DNA of 64,000 nt from a virus (lineage: Duplodnaviria > Caudoviricetes). The stretch's first letter is position 1, and each line of letters starts with the position of its first letter. Under the pieces are notes generated by a model that had not been told where the DNA came from, searched no databases, and was given only the letters and a program-made list of their open reading frames with translations. The translations under genes were made by a program, and so were the position numbers. This document shows, one piece after another, positions 8,280-16,464 of this stretch. The stretch lies in the IMG/VR virus record IMGVR_UViG_3300029288_002061, positions 1 to 64,000 of that record; one strand, given 5' to 3'.

Positions 8280-8353
8280 TGGTTACTCCGGAAGGTACTG
8301 CCCCTTCACCACGGGATTCAAATTCCCGGATTCTACTATTAAACTACGGAGTA
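8280..8353 (-). tRNA. tRNA-Gln(TTG), atypical D and T loops
   Basis: TACTCCG/CGGAGTA acceptor stem, CGGGA-ATTTGAA-TCCCG arm, T loop GGCAGTA, encoded CCA. Confidence 0.85.
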
Positions 8354-8357
8354 TCAT

Positions 8358-8720
8358 TCAAGTATTATATGTCTTTCCAGAAAGAATATCACCCACACTT
8401 ATCTTTCCAAGATATCGGTATTTGTGATATCCACAGGTATCCCAAGAGACTTTGTAAATATGCCCGTCCTTCCTATCCTCTTTTTTGTCTTTTCCGGGAG
8501 TGTGCCCGACATATTCATACACATTGATAAAGGAATTCATATCTATGGGCTTTACCGTGTCCCCATTCTCTGCATCCGTAATTTGGTCGTCAAGGATAGA
8601 TTTAATAGCACCCATCGGTGTCTTATACACCAACGAATCATAGTCGAATTCATCCATGATCTTGTAGAAGTCGCCAACGTTAAGATTATCATCATATCTT
8701 GGAGCATACATGATTTCCAT
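8358..8720 (-). CDS. Hypothetical protein
   Basis: 120-aa ORF in tight operon. Confidence 0.6.
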   Translation of the reverse strand: MEIMYAPRYDDNLNVGDFYKIMDEFDYDSLVYKTPMGAIKSILDDQITDAENGDTVKPIDMNSFINVYEYVGHTPGKDKKEDRKDGHIYKVSWDTCGYHKYRYLGKISVGDILSGKTYNT

Positions 8721-8724
8721 TATT

Positions 8725-9030
8725 TTAACCTTTCTTTTTCTTTGCCGTTATTTTCCAACCCATTTCCCTACAGAAATCGACCGCTTCCCGGCGGGTCTTG
8801 AACGATCCCAAGAGAAATTCTTCCGTTTTCATCCCGCCAAACTCTTCCGGGGATCCCACATCGAGCGTCCAGACATATTCATCGGCCATTGTTTCATCTT
8901 CCTGAGCCATCCGGGCGCGGAAGCCTTTGGATTTGACCATTTCCATCACTGTTTCGGCAATAGAAGTCGGAAACACCTCTTTAATGTCCTGTTCCCACTC
9001 TTCCCGAACCGTCTTTTCACACTCACTCAT
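8725..9030 (-). CDS. Hypothetical protein
   Basis: 101-aa ORF with AAGGAG RBS. Confidence 0.6.
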   Translation of the reverse strand: MSECEKTVREEWEQDIKEVFPTSIAETVMEMVKSKGFRARMAQEDETMADEYVWTLDVGSPEEFGGMKTEEFLLGSFKTRREAVDFCREMGWKITAKKKKG

Positions 9031-9040
9031 CTCGAACTCC

Positions 9041-9538
9041 TTAAGGGTTATTGTCCAAAACTACATGTTTTCCCTTGATAGTACCATTTTTAACGGCCAA
9101 GTCAATCATATTCGAGTCATAATCAGAGTACGATACCAGCACGGACGGCGCGTTTGCATTCTGAGCCTTTACCCCGTCAATGGTATAGAACTGAATCCGC
9201 CCCTTGAAAAAGAGCAGACTTCTTGCCTTGTTGAAAATGTGTTCATGGAAACCCTTGGTCTCGGTACGGGCGAATATCAGAGCAATCCCGCTTTTATGTT
9301 CGGACATCTTCTCTATCCAAATATACATGGCTTTACCGTAAGGCGGATTGAGCCATACTCGGCCATCCCAATGCTGTTTCAGGCCGTCGTCGATGATCGT
9401 ATAGTGCTTTTTGGCGGTATCCCACGGCCTGTCTATCGGGGAACACGGGTCAAGATCAAACTCTCCAAGGGATTTAATCAAGTCCGGCGGGGTCAACCAA
9501 GTGTCATTATCGGCGGTATTGAGGTTAAAATCTCTCAC
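9041..9538 (-). CDS. Phage DNA N6-adenine methyltransferase (Dam-like)
   Basis: W.TP, FDLDPC, DGL...W...VWLNPPY, ARTET motifs. Confidence 0.9.
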   Translation of the reverse strand: MRDFNLNTADNDTWLTPPDLIKSLGEFDLDPCSPIDRPWDTAKKHYTIIDDGLKQHWDGRVWLNPPYGKAMYIWIEKMSEHKSGIALIFARTETKGFHEHIFNKARSLLFFKGRIQFYTIDGVKAQNANAPSVLVSYSDYDSNMIDLAVKNGTIKGKHVVLDNNP

Positions 9539-9753
9539 GGATTCTCCTTATATAGGCTGCACGCATAGTAAATTTTTACTGCTTCCCATGAACACATACA
9601 CTTAGTAACGGGTTCATAGACAATCTGCTCATTTGGGCCATATGCTCCCATAGTCATCCCAACAGTTTTACAAAGAAGTCCCGCTACGGCATGTTTGCAC
9701 GTAGAACAGCACGATACTTTTATAGACAAAGGTGGTTCTTCTGGATCTTTCAT
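9535..9753 (-). CDS. Small Cys-rich protein (CCxxC family, copy 7)
   Basis: PPLSIKVSCCSTC...YYACSLY. Confidence 0.65.
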   Translation of the reverse strand: MKDPEEPPLSIKVSCCSTCKHAVAGLLCKTVGMTMGAYGPNEQIVYEPVTKCMCSWEAVKIYYACSLYKENP

Positions 9754-9754
9754 G

Positions 9755-9961
9755 TTACTCCCAGTTGCTCTCTACGTACCGGCTGCATACATAGAAGTCT
9801 TTAACATCCGGCGTCTCTGTCTGATACCAACGTTTACACCACTGGACAGCTATTACCTCGTCCTGTACCCTTTCGACGCCGTGAACTCAGTATTTACAGC
9901 TTTCACAGCACGGAACCAAGACAATAAGCGGCGGAAAGTCAAGATCCGGTATCTGCCCCAT
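9755..9961 (-). pseudogene. CCxxC family copy 6 with in-frame TGA
   Basis: MGQIPDLDFPPLIVLVPCCESCKY*VHG...QWCKR...FYVCSRY; TGA at 9887-9889. Confidence 0.7.
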
Positions 9962-9963
9962 TG

Positions 9964-10197
9964 TTATTCTCGACTATCATAGGTATCAACCACGTCCTGC
10001 TCCCCAAAAGTCCACTTACTGCATACATAGCAAGGATTTGTGATAATTTTTATCCTAAAACACCACATATTTCTACTGCCGTCTGCAAGGTAGCAGGAAT
10101 ACCGACAATTTCTACAACAGCTTACTTCTACCGTTTGAAAAGGAGGTTCCGGTAAAGAATCTACCGTCTCAATAATCAGCGGTGGGTTAATACCCAT
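9964..10197 (-). CDS. Small Cys-rich protein (CCxxC family, copy 5)
   Basis: PPFQTVEVSCCRNC...WC...PCYVCSKW. Confidence 0.65.
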   Translation of the reverse strand: MGINPPLIIETVDSLPEPPFQTVEVSCCRNCRYSCYLADGSRNMWCFRIKIITNPCYVCSKWTFGEQDVVDTYDSRE

Positions 10198-10385
10198 TAT
10201 TTACTACCCGCCTTCCAGTATTTCTTGCACCAATAATAGGTCTTTACATGCCGACCACGCAGGAAACACATCATTTCGGTGTTCGCTGACTGTACCGCCC
10301 CGGCAAAAGACCCGAATCGACAGCGCATACAGCAATCTATATCTATCCGTAGCGGCGGGTCTGGTAATTGATAGTATCCGTCCAT
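10197..10385 (-). CDS. Small Cys-rich protein (CCxxC family, copy 4)
   Basis: PPLRIDIDCCMRC...MC...YYWCKKY. Confidence 0.65.
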   Translation of the reverse strand: MDGYYQLPDPPLRIDIDCCMRCRFGSFAGAVQSANTEMMCFLRGRHVKTYYWCKKYWKAGSK

Positions 10386-10386
10386 G

Positions 10387-10581
10387 TTAGGAATCTTTGC
10401 CCTGTTGTTCCAGATATGCCTGAGTATGTTCCAGCGGTTCTTTCCGGTCATAAAACGGACACAGATAAAACGGATATGTCTTATACTTCTGTTCCCCCAT
10501 TTGACAGATGTCATAAGGGGAGGCATCGACAAAATGAACACATGACGCGCAGCAGTTGGCTATTTCAAGTTTTTCTTCCAT
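10387..10581 (-). CDS. Small Cys-rich protein (CCxxC family, copy 3)
   Basis: IANCCASC...C...PFYLCPFY. Confidence 0.65.
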   Translation of the reverse strand: MEEKLEIANCCASCVHFVDASPYDICQMGEQKYKTYPFYLCPFYDRKEPLEHTQAYLEQQGKDS

Positions 10582-10777
10582 GACATACGTCCTTTACATC
10601 GTTAATATAGGATTTGGCTGTAGTATCACCAATAGAAGTATAGTTTATACAGTGATAAAACGGTCTAATAGTGTTATTAACACACCGTCTAACACAGGTT
10701 GGCTTTCCGCCCGCTGCCGCGTAGAATAGACAGGACGAACAGCACTCTGCAAAGACCTTTAGTGGGTTATCTTCCAT
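10565..10777 (-). CDS. Small Cys-rich protein (CCxxC family, copy 2)
   Basis: PLKVFAECCSSC...C...PFYHCINY. Confidence 0.65.
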   Translation of the reverse strand: MEDNPLKVFAECCSSCLFYAAAGGKPTCVRRCVNNTIRPFYHCINYTSIGDTTAKSYINDVKDVCHGRKT

Positions 10778-10962
10778 TGCGTCCTGCCTTGGTGTAGGCT
10801 AATAGCTCCAATACATCATATGTCTTTACAAGAGATCCTAAACCGGAAGATTTATAGCCACAGCAGACATAATACGGTTTCATATAGAATGACTCAATAC
10901 TCGCGGAGTAAATACTTACAATAGTGGCAACAATATGCGTTTGTAATAATTGACCTATCCAC
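10767..10962 (-). pseudogene. CCxxC family copy 1, frameshifted
   Basis: GTG-DRSIITNAYCCHYCKY in one frame and KPYYVCCGY in another. Confidence 0.55.
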
Positions 10963-10989
10963 GGCGGATCCTTACTGCATATGTCTGCA

Positions 10990-11277
10990 CTAGAAGGTCA
11001 CGGAAACATCAATGGCAAAGTTAATTCCGCTTTTCTTTGCCGCCTCATAATTGTCATAAATCACGATCTTATCGTTACTTGTGGTGATCTGCCCTACCCG
11101 TTTAATCAGCTTCATGTTCGGGATAAGGAATCCGGCAGCATTGACATACCGCGCATAGACGGTATTCTCGGCCTTAACATAGACCACATCATCCGATTCC
11201 GGCCCGTTACGGGGTTCGGTGGGGCCAAAACAACCACAGCATACCAGCAAAACAGCGGTAATGACAACAATTTTCAT
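10990..11277 (-). CDS. Putative lipoprotein
   Basis: Hydrophobic signal ending VCCGC. Confidence 0.55.
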   Translation of the reverse strand: MKIVVITAVLLVCCGCFGPTEPRNGPESDDVVYVKAENTVYARYVNAAGFLIPNMKLIKRVGQITTSNDKIVIYDNYEAAKKSGINFAIDVSVTF

Positions 11278-11867
11278 AGATTATTCTCCGTATCAAGTTG
11301 ATTTCCCCACGAATCCCACCCGTCACACTTTTGACGGGCGAAAAGTTCAATCTTAGGTACACCCCCAACAAGTGATACAATCCGATCACGTACACAGTCC
11401 GGCTTTTTGCTATGTTCTTCTCGTTTCTGCGATACGAGAGACCTGACATTGTGAGACTTTACCATTTTGTAGGTATTTGATCCACGGGTTCCAAGAAGAC
11501 ATAGCTCCACGCCACTTTTCAAAGTATATGAACCCATGAAACACACCGGATTTCCGGATTTATTGAGCTTTTGCCACACAAAACCAACCGTTTTATACTC
11601 AAATCCCCATGCTGAGATCACTTCCATAGCTTTGCGCAGATGATAATCGGTAGTCCAAAGGAATAACAGACTATCATTCTCTGCTATGTCCGAGACAGGT
11701 AACGCGCATATGTCTTTGGATGACATAACATCGTATGGTGGACGTTTTATACCCTTTCCATGACATTTTCCGGATTCATACTCACTCGATACGGTCATGT
11801 CGTTATAGTATGACCAAGGCGGGTCAGCATAGATAACACTATATCTTTTATTCGGGAATGGTATCAT
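11274..11867 (-). CDS. MT-A70 family adenine methyltransferase
   Basis: YADPPW, LFLWTT, WGFEYKT..FVWQK, ELCLLG, HSKKP, IELFAR. Confidence 0.92.
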   Translation of the reverse strand: MIPFPNKRYSVIYADPPWSYYNDMTVSSEYESGKCHGKGIKRPPYDVMSSKDICALPVSDIAENDSLLFLWTTDYHLRKAMEVISAWGFEYKTVGFVWQKLNKSGNPVCFMGSYTLKSGVELCLLGTRGSNTYKMVKSHNVRSLVSQKREEHSKKPDCVRDRIVSLVGGVPKIELFARQKCDGWDSWGNQLDTENNL

Positions 11868-12340
11868 TTCTGTTTCTGTTCCTTACGGAATACCCACGGA
11901 GCGACCGGAGTTCCGGCACCCCACAAACCACGGTGGCCCCTCTTGGCTTCATCTTCAATAGCCCAGTAGAGCTTTTCCTTGTCATAATCACGATAGCACC
12001 ACGCATAGCCATTGAGAACCATCGTACCGCCGATATCGACACCCATATGGGTTACAATCCCGATAACCCTGCCATAGCGGTCTGTACCGTTTTCCATGAC
12101 CTTGACCGGCTTATAGAAGATCATCGACACCAGCATGTCACGGGAGACCTCTCCGTGGGCTTGCTTCAATTCCGGGGCGTCAATCCCATAGAGACGGACT
12201 TTCTTCAATGTATTTTCAAAATCTACCTTGACCGTGATGGTATCCCCGTCATGGACATCCACCACCACCCCTGAGAAGTCTGCTCTCAATGTGATACAGA
12301 AAAGCCACAAAGCCACAAAAACAAACAACTTACGCATCAT
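11864..12340 (-). CDS. Secreted thermonuclease (SNase family)
   Basis: Signal peptide, DGDT, VRLYGIDAPE, DRYGR, RGLW. Confidence 0.92.
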   Translation of the reverse strand: MMRKLFVFVALWLFCITLRADFSGVVVDVHDGDTITVKVDFENTLKKVRLYGIDAPELKQAHGEVSRDMLVSMIFYKPVKVMENGTDRYGRVIGIVTHMGVDIGGTMVLNGYAWCYRDYDKEKLYWAIEDEAKRGHRGLWGAGTPVAPWVFRKEQKQK

Positions 12341-12807
12341 TTCCCTCCTAATTCCAGTGTGAGAATAAGACAATTCCAATCAATCCAATACTGCGGTAAT
12401 GTTCTGAATGAGTACAGAATGGTTCTATCAATATGGCCATTCCACCGATCCAGTTTGGTACGGTTTTGATGGGTGTAGAGAGCATACTTATCACAGGTAT
12501 AATACCCGATAGTCATCTTCTCGACACCCAAAAGACGTGCCATCGGCTTGCAATAACACCCTATCCGGTGAATATTAGTGTCATAATAGCCATCCCGCTC
12601 AAAGCAATGGCATATCTCTGACGGTTGAAGCTGGCTCAGCTTGAAGTTACCGGATACTTGAACGGTTCCAGTTTTGTGAAAGATCCGGCATTCACAATAC
12701 TTCTTATCCCGGTGCGGGAAGTGAATGGATCCGCCATACCGCTCTACAGCGAGGCCGATTTCATAGTTGGTAATAACGGAATGGGGCGGTACTTTTAAAG
12801 CTTTCAT
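12337..12807 (-). CDS. Cys-containing hypothetical protein
   Basis: ORF with GGGGAG RBS; ICHCF and YYTCDKY resemble the CCxxC family C-terminus. Confidence 0.55.
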   Translation of the reverse strand: MKALKVPPHSVITNYEIGLAVERYGGSIHFPHRDKKYCECRIFHKTGTVQVSGNFKLSQLQPSEICHCFERDGYYDTNIHRIGCYCKPMARLLGVEKMTIGYYTCDKYALYTHQNRTKLDRWNGHIDRTILYSFRTLPQYWIDWNCLILTLELGGK

Positions 12808-12829
12808 CACTCCCCCTTTGGAGTATAAA

Positions 12830-12970
12830 AAGCGGAACGCCCGCGTGCCTAACCTACCGTGAAAAGATAGCAACTGTACGCCGGAAAGCCACCTAAGTCG
12901 AATTAGAGCCGGTCATACTGATATTCCCACGGACTAATCACTATACTTAGCTCGTCGGGCCGTTCCACCC
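12830..12970 (-). ncRNA. Candidate ~140-nt structured RNA with loop-loop pairing
   Basis: 14-bp closing helix 12956-12970/12830-12843, two internal arms, CCGTGGGAA/TTTTCACGG complementarity, followed by a T-run. Confidence 0.5.
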
Positions 12971-13158
12971 TATTCTTTTCCTGACAACCGCATCGCCATA
13001 GCCGCCTGTAACAGCAAATCGGCCAGCTTTTCCGCCTCCGTTATTGTAAAACCGGGGAGATAAACGCTACCGTCGATACACACAGAAAGTGATTTCATAG
13101 TCTCATCTGTAGGATAAACTTCCATATTGGCGTGTTTAACAGCATAGATGAATGTCAT
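12970..13158 (-). CDS. Hypothetical protein
   Basis: 62-aa ORF with GAGGTG RBS. Confidence 0.55.
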   Translation of the reverse strand: MTFIYAVKHANMEVYPTDETMKSLSVCIDGSVYLPGFTITEAEKLADLLLQAAMAMRLSGKE

Positions 13159-13161
13159 GAT

Positions 13162-13422
13162 TCACCTCTCCCGGTAAAGACGGCCCATTTCGGCTTCAAA
13201 CTGATCGTCATAGCGGATGTTCTCATACCGCTCTTTCTCTGCTCTGTACGTCTGGAAATCCCGGTACGCATCCAGCCAACTCTGCCAACTATTGTTGGGA
13301 TAGTCCTGAGCAAACTCGGTGAATTCGTTCTGGAATTCATCAATCCGCTCATAATCCCGGTATCCGGTCAAAGAGCTGATCGTGCCGGAAGAAAGATTCG
13401 CAATATCTTCGGTGATTCCCAT
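13162..13422 (-). CDS. Hypothetical acidic protein
   Basis: AAGGAG RBS; promoter TTGACT 13471-13476 / TATAGT 13448-13453. Confidence 0.65.
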   Translation of the reverse strand: MGITEDIANLSSGTISSLTGYRDYERIDEFQNEFTEFAQDYPNNSWQSWLDAYRDFQTYRAEKERYENIRYDDQFEAEMGRLYRER

Positions 13423-13458
13423 GCTTTTCTTCTCCTTTCGTACCATCACTATACCGGA

Positions 13459-13758
13459 CTAATAAGCCAAAGTCAAGAGAAAAATAGCAAAAAGTTTGAC
13501 GGAAATGAAAATTGTTACCCCTATAGCGAGAATGATAAGTAGCCGATCCAGAAGGTGTTCAAAGAGATCCATTACGCCCCGATCCATTCCCGCTTTGACG
13601 GCAAATCCCCGTTTTGGAGCGTTTTGGCACATTCCGGACAGACCGGAATATCCCGGAGTTCCGACCAGTACGGCGTCGGGGTGCCACACTTGAAGCAGCT
13701 TTCGTGATCCGTACCCATTTCTTCCGATTCCCTGATAATCGAAATCATTATCCTTCAT
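13459..13758 (-). CDS. Hypothetical protein with C-terminal TM helix
   Basis: ORF coupled to upstream gene. Confidence 0.5.
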   Translation of the reverse strand: MKDNDFDYQGIGRNGYGSRKLLQVWHPDAVLVGTPGYSGLSGMCQNAPKRGFAVKAGMDRGVMDLFEHLLDRLLIILAIGVTIFISVKLFAIFLLTLAY

Positions 13759-14050
13759 CCCTTTCAACACGGGCGAGGCTGATATTGCCTTCGCCATCCA
13801 CAAGAACATCCAAAGTCCCGTTATTCATCATATCGACACGAACATCATCCACCCGCTCCATCAGCGTTTCCATCGCCAACGCCTTGAAAGCGTCCGTTTT
13901 GTGTTCGAGGATCTTGGCAAACATGTTCGCCGCCACCAGTTCAAAATCCGGGAACCCCCGAAGTTCTTCCGGAATCCCCTTCTTGATGGTCTCGATGATT
14001 TCATCCATATACGTGATTTTACGGTTGTCCCGATATTCCTTTTCCGTCAT
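13748..14050 (-). CDS. Hypothetical protein
   Basis: AGAAAGGGA RBS; promoter 14098-14126; palindromic site 14065-14082 in the leader. Confidence 0.65.
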   Translation of the reverse strand: MTEKEYRDNRKITYMDEIIETIKKGIPEELRGFPDFELVAANMFAKILEHKTDAFKALAMETLMERVDDVRVDMMNNGTLDVLVDGEGNISLARVERDEG

Positions 14051-14147
14051 AGCTTCCCTTTCTTTTTGCAGACGTATGCAGTTGTTTTCACTTCTGTACT
14101 ATACCCGATCAGAGCAGAAAAGTCAAGTAAAAAATAACTTTTTTGTA

Positions 14148-14261
14148 ATAAAAACCCCCGCACGGGGCGGGGGGAAAACCGAAGGCAGAAAGGGGGTACT
14201 CGATATAGGGCGAAGGGGAGGGGAGGGGCTAAACCCTATAGAGTAAACAACCTTCGGTTTT
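14148..14261 (-). ncRNA. Candidate 3'-UTR sRNA with C-rich loops plus terminator
   Basis: AAAACCGAAGG/CCTTCGGTTTT stem, TATAGGG/CCCTATA stem, loop CCCCTCCCCTCCCC, terminator CCCCCGC...GCGGGGG-TTTTT. Confidence 0.5.
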
Positions 14262-14273
14262 ATATCTCCTTGG

Positions 14274-14753
14274 CTATTCCGGAAGAATCAGGGTCGATTT
14301 CTTTTCTTCGTGCAAACCTTCCAGATGCTTCTCAATCTTCCGCTTTTTCATGATGTTTTCGCCATCCAGCCGCATTCCCTTGTTTTCGTCGGCCTTGGCT
14401 ACTTTGGCGTCCCACTCCTCTTTAGTTATATTTATTGCTTCGAGGATATTCCACTGGGACTCTTGGGCGGTCAGTTCTTCCGCCATAGCTTCCATATGCT
14501 TCATTACCTTATCACGATTCCCAACAAAGTCAATAGCGGGAATCTCATAGGTAAACATATAGTTGTCTTTTTCCCGACAAAAGAACACCCAAGTCAGGAT
14601 ATCGCGGTCTTCATCCAGCGACGGCCCCATAACGGCCCAGTCATTGAAAACCCTCTTATCTTGGCACGCCTTGACAAAACGGGCCGCGATTTCCGTATTT
14701 TCAGCACAGTTACAGATGTAATCCGTCCAATTCAGAGTAATCATTCTTATCAT
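14274..14753 (-). CDS. Hypothetical protein
   Basis: 159-aa ORF coupled to upstream gene. Confidence 0.6.
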   Translation of the reverse strand: MIRMITLNWTDYICNCAENTEIAARFVKACQDKRVFNDWAVMGPSLDEDRDILTWVFFCREKDNYMFTYEIPAIDFVGNRDKVMKHMEAMAEELTAQESQWNILEAINITKEEWDAKVAKADENKGMRLDGENIMKKRKIEKHLEGLHEEKKSTLILPE

Positions 14754-14971
14754 TCTCCCTTCTGGAACAGGTTACAGTGACATTTCCCGGTTTCCGCAAT
14801 ATCATCCTTGTGCGACGGGCAAGGGCATTCAGGGGCATTGACCGCCACACAAGGGCATTTCCCGCCGGTCTTGACAAGGGCTTTTACTACCCTTTCAGCC
14901 CTGTCAGACAGACGGTATCCGGAGTTATCGGCATATGCCTGAGCCGCTTCGATGGTCTGAATGCCACTCAT
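14750..14971 (-). CDS. Ferredoxin-thioredoxin reductase catalytic-subunit-like protein
   Basis: CPC...CPC...CHCNLF signature. Confidence 0.85.
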   Translation of the reverse strand: MSGIQTIEAAQAYADNSGYRLSDRAERVVKALVKTGGKCPCVAVNAPECPCPSHKDDIAETGKCHCNLFQKGE

Positions 14972-16299
14972 GCCGTCTCTCCCTGATATTCTTCAACTTC
15001 CTCTTCTTCGTCATCCGTGTATTCATCGAAGTCCATACCGGGATTGACGTTACCCTTACCCGCCGAGAACACTTCCATTTCATCCTTGGTCGGATCAAAG
15101 TTGATCTGTGTACCGAACGGGGCTTCCGCGCCACCGTTATTGTGAGCCACCCAAATCACGGGGTATTCCGGCTCTTCCGGGAACGTACCGCCAAGGTCGG
15201 TCAGATAAATGACCATCTGTGGCTTTTCCTGTGCGCGGTTAATCCGGCTGAAAGGCGGACGGAAATCAGTACCACCGGCACCGGGGAGATTCGACGGAAT
15301 CGGCGAGTTCACCGTCAAATACTTGTCAAAAGTCACACGCGCATCACAGCACATCAAGCGGATTCGAGTCACATTCTTGGAAGCCAGAATACCAAGGGCT
15401 TCCGACAGGAAAAGACCCATTTCCTCTTGACCGATACTCCCCGAGGTGTCGATAACGACTGCCACCATAGCCCCTTCGTTGTACAAATCGGGCAGATAAA
15501 TACCATTCTGGAGAAAACGGCGGTCTGGACGTTCAAAAGCATAGTCATCCCGCAGGACTTCCCCTACCAGATTGTCCAGATAAGCGTGCCACGGAATACG
15601 CGGATTGGTGATTTCATCAAGAATCCGATCCATACCCGCCGGAGCCTTGCCCTGTTGCCGTGCGCTTACAGCGGCATCGACAAGGCGGTTATTCCACTCC
15701 TGTTCCATTTCACGCTGTTCGGCTTCCGTCAGGGGGCGTCCGGTACCGTTTCCGGGCTTTCCGCCGCCCTTACCATTGCCATCACCATCGCCGTCTCCAC
15801 ATTCCTTGGAGGGGTCACGGAGGTCTCCAAAGAACGAGCTGGAACCGGGAACCTTGACCTTATCGGCCTTTGATTCCAATTCACGGTAGACTTCTTCGGT
15901 GGACATATCGGCATACTTCTTATCCAAGAGAACTTCCTTGGGAAGCTTCATGCCGTTTGCGTCGATAATACCGTTTACCACGTAGTCACCAGCCATGTTC
16001 CAGATATCGGGTTGACGCCAACCGCGCCGCCACGGGAGAATGTGGCTATGGGCAACGTGAAGGGTCTCATGGATAACCACCCCCATGAGTTCATCCACGG
16101 TCAGCTTGTCACACCATTCCCGGCAGTAGTAGATATACTTGCCGTCAACGGCAGCGGTAGCGACATGACGCGGATTGTCCTTGGTCTCATAGACCTTGTT
16201 TTGGAGATTCAGGACAAGAGCAGAGAAAAACGGGTGATCGAACACCAGTTGGACACGCACCTTTTCAATCTTTTCTTCCAGAGTCTTATCACCAGCCAT
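14968..16299 (-). CDS. DUF2201-type metallopeptidase/VWA protein
   Basis: TAAVDG, HETLH, WNMAGD, DTSGSI MIDAS, GGTDF, YLTD. Confidence 0.9.
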   Translation of the reverse strand: MAGDKTLEEKIEKVRVQLVFDHPFFSALVLNLQNKVYETKDNPRHVATAAVDGKYIYYCREWCDKLTVDELMGVVIHETLHVAHSHILPWRRGWRQPDIWNMAGDYVVNGIIDANGMKLPKEVLLDKKYADMSTEEVYRELESKADKVKVPGSSSFFGDLRDPSKECGDGDGDGNGKGGGKPGNGTGRPLTEAEQREMEQEWNNRLVDAAVSARQQGKAPAGMDRILDEITNPRIPWHAYLDNLVGEVLRDDYAFERPDRRFLQNGIYLPDLYNEGAMVAVVIDTSGSIGQEEMGLFLSEALGILASKNVTRIRLMCCDARVTFDKYLTVNSPIPSNLPGAGGTDFRPPFSRINRAQEKPQMVIYLTDLGGTFPEEPEYPVIWVAHNNGGAEAPFGTQINFDPTKDEMEVFSAGKGNVNPGMDFDEYTDDEEEEVEEYQGETA

Positions 16300-16357
16300 G
16301 TTATTCCCTTTCTGTAATCCCCGACCCCTTGCCGGGTACCTTTGTCACATATCCGGT

Positions 16358-16389
16358 ATTGCAATAGAGCAAGTGAATAACCTTGCAAG
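16358..16389 (-). repeat. 32-nt variant of the hairpin-ATTGCAA element
   Basis: CTTGCAAGGTTATTCACTTGCTCTATTGCAAT, ~20 nt downstream of the promoter at 16410-16438. Confidence 0.45.
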
Positions 16390-16464
16390 AGTTTGATGTC
16401 CACATCATTACTATACCCGGTCAAGGGGAGAAAGTCAAGAGATTTTTACGAATTATTTCAGAAA

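Noticed and set aside
9887-9889. Selenocysteine or genome-wide TGA recoding
   Set aside because: No convincing SECIS hairpin, the position is not a conserved Cys in the paralogs, and TGA terminates cas5 and the RNA ligase
16337-16357. Self-targeting spacer after the 16358 element (TACCGGATATGT also at ~37449)
   Set aside because: Only 12 nt match in a CCGG-rich genome and no extension
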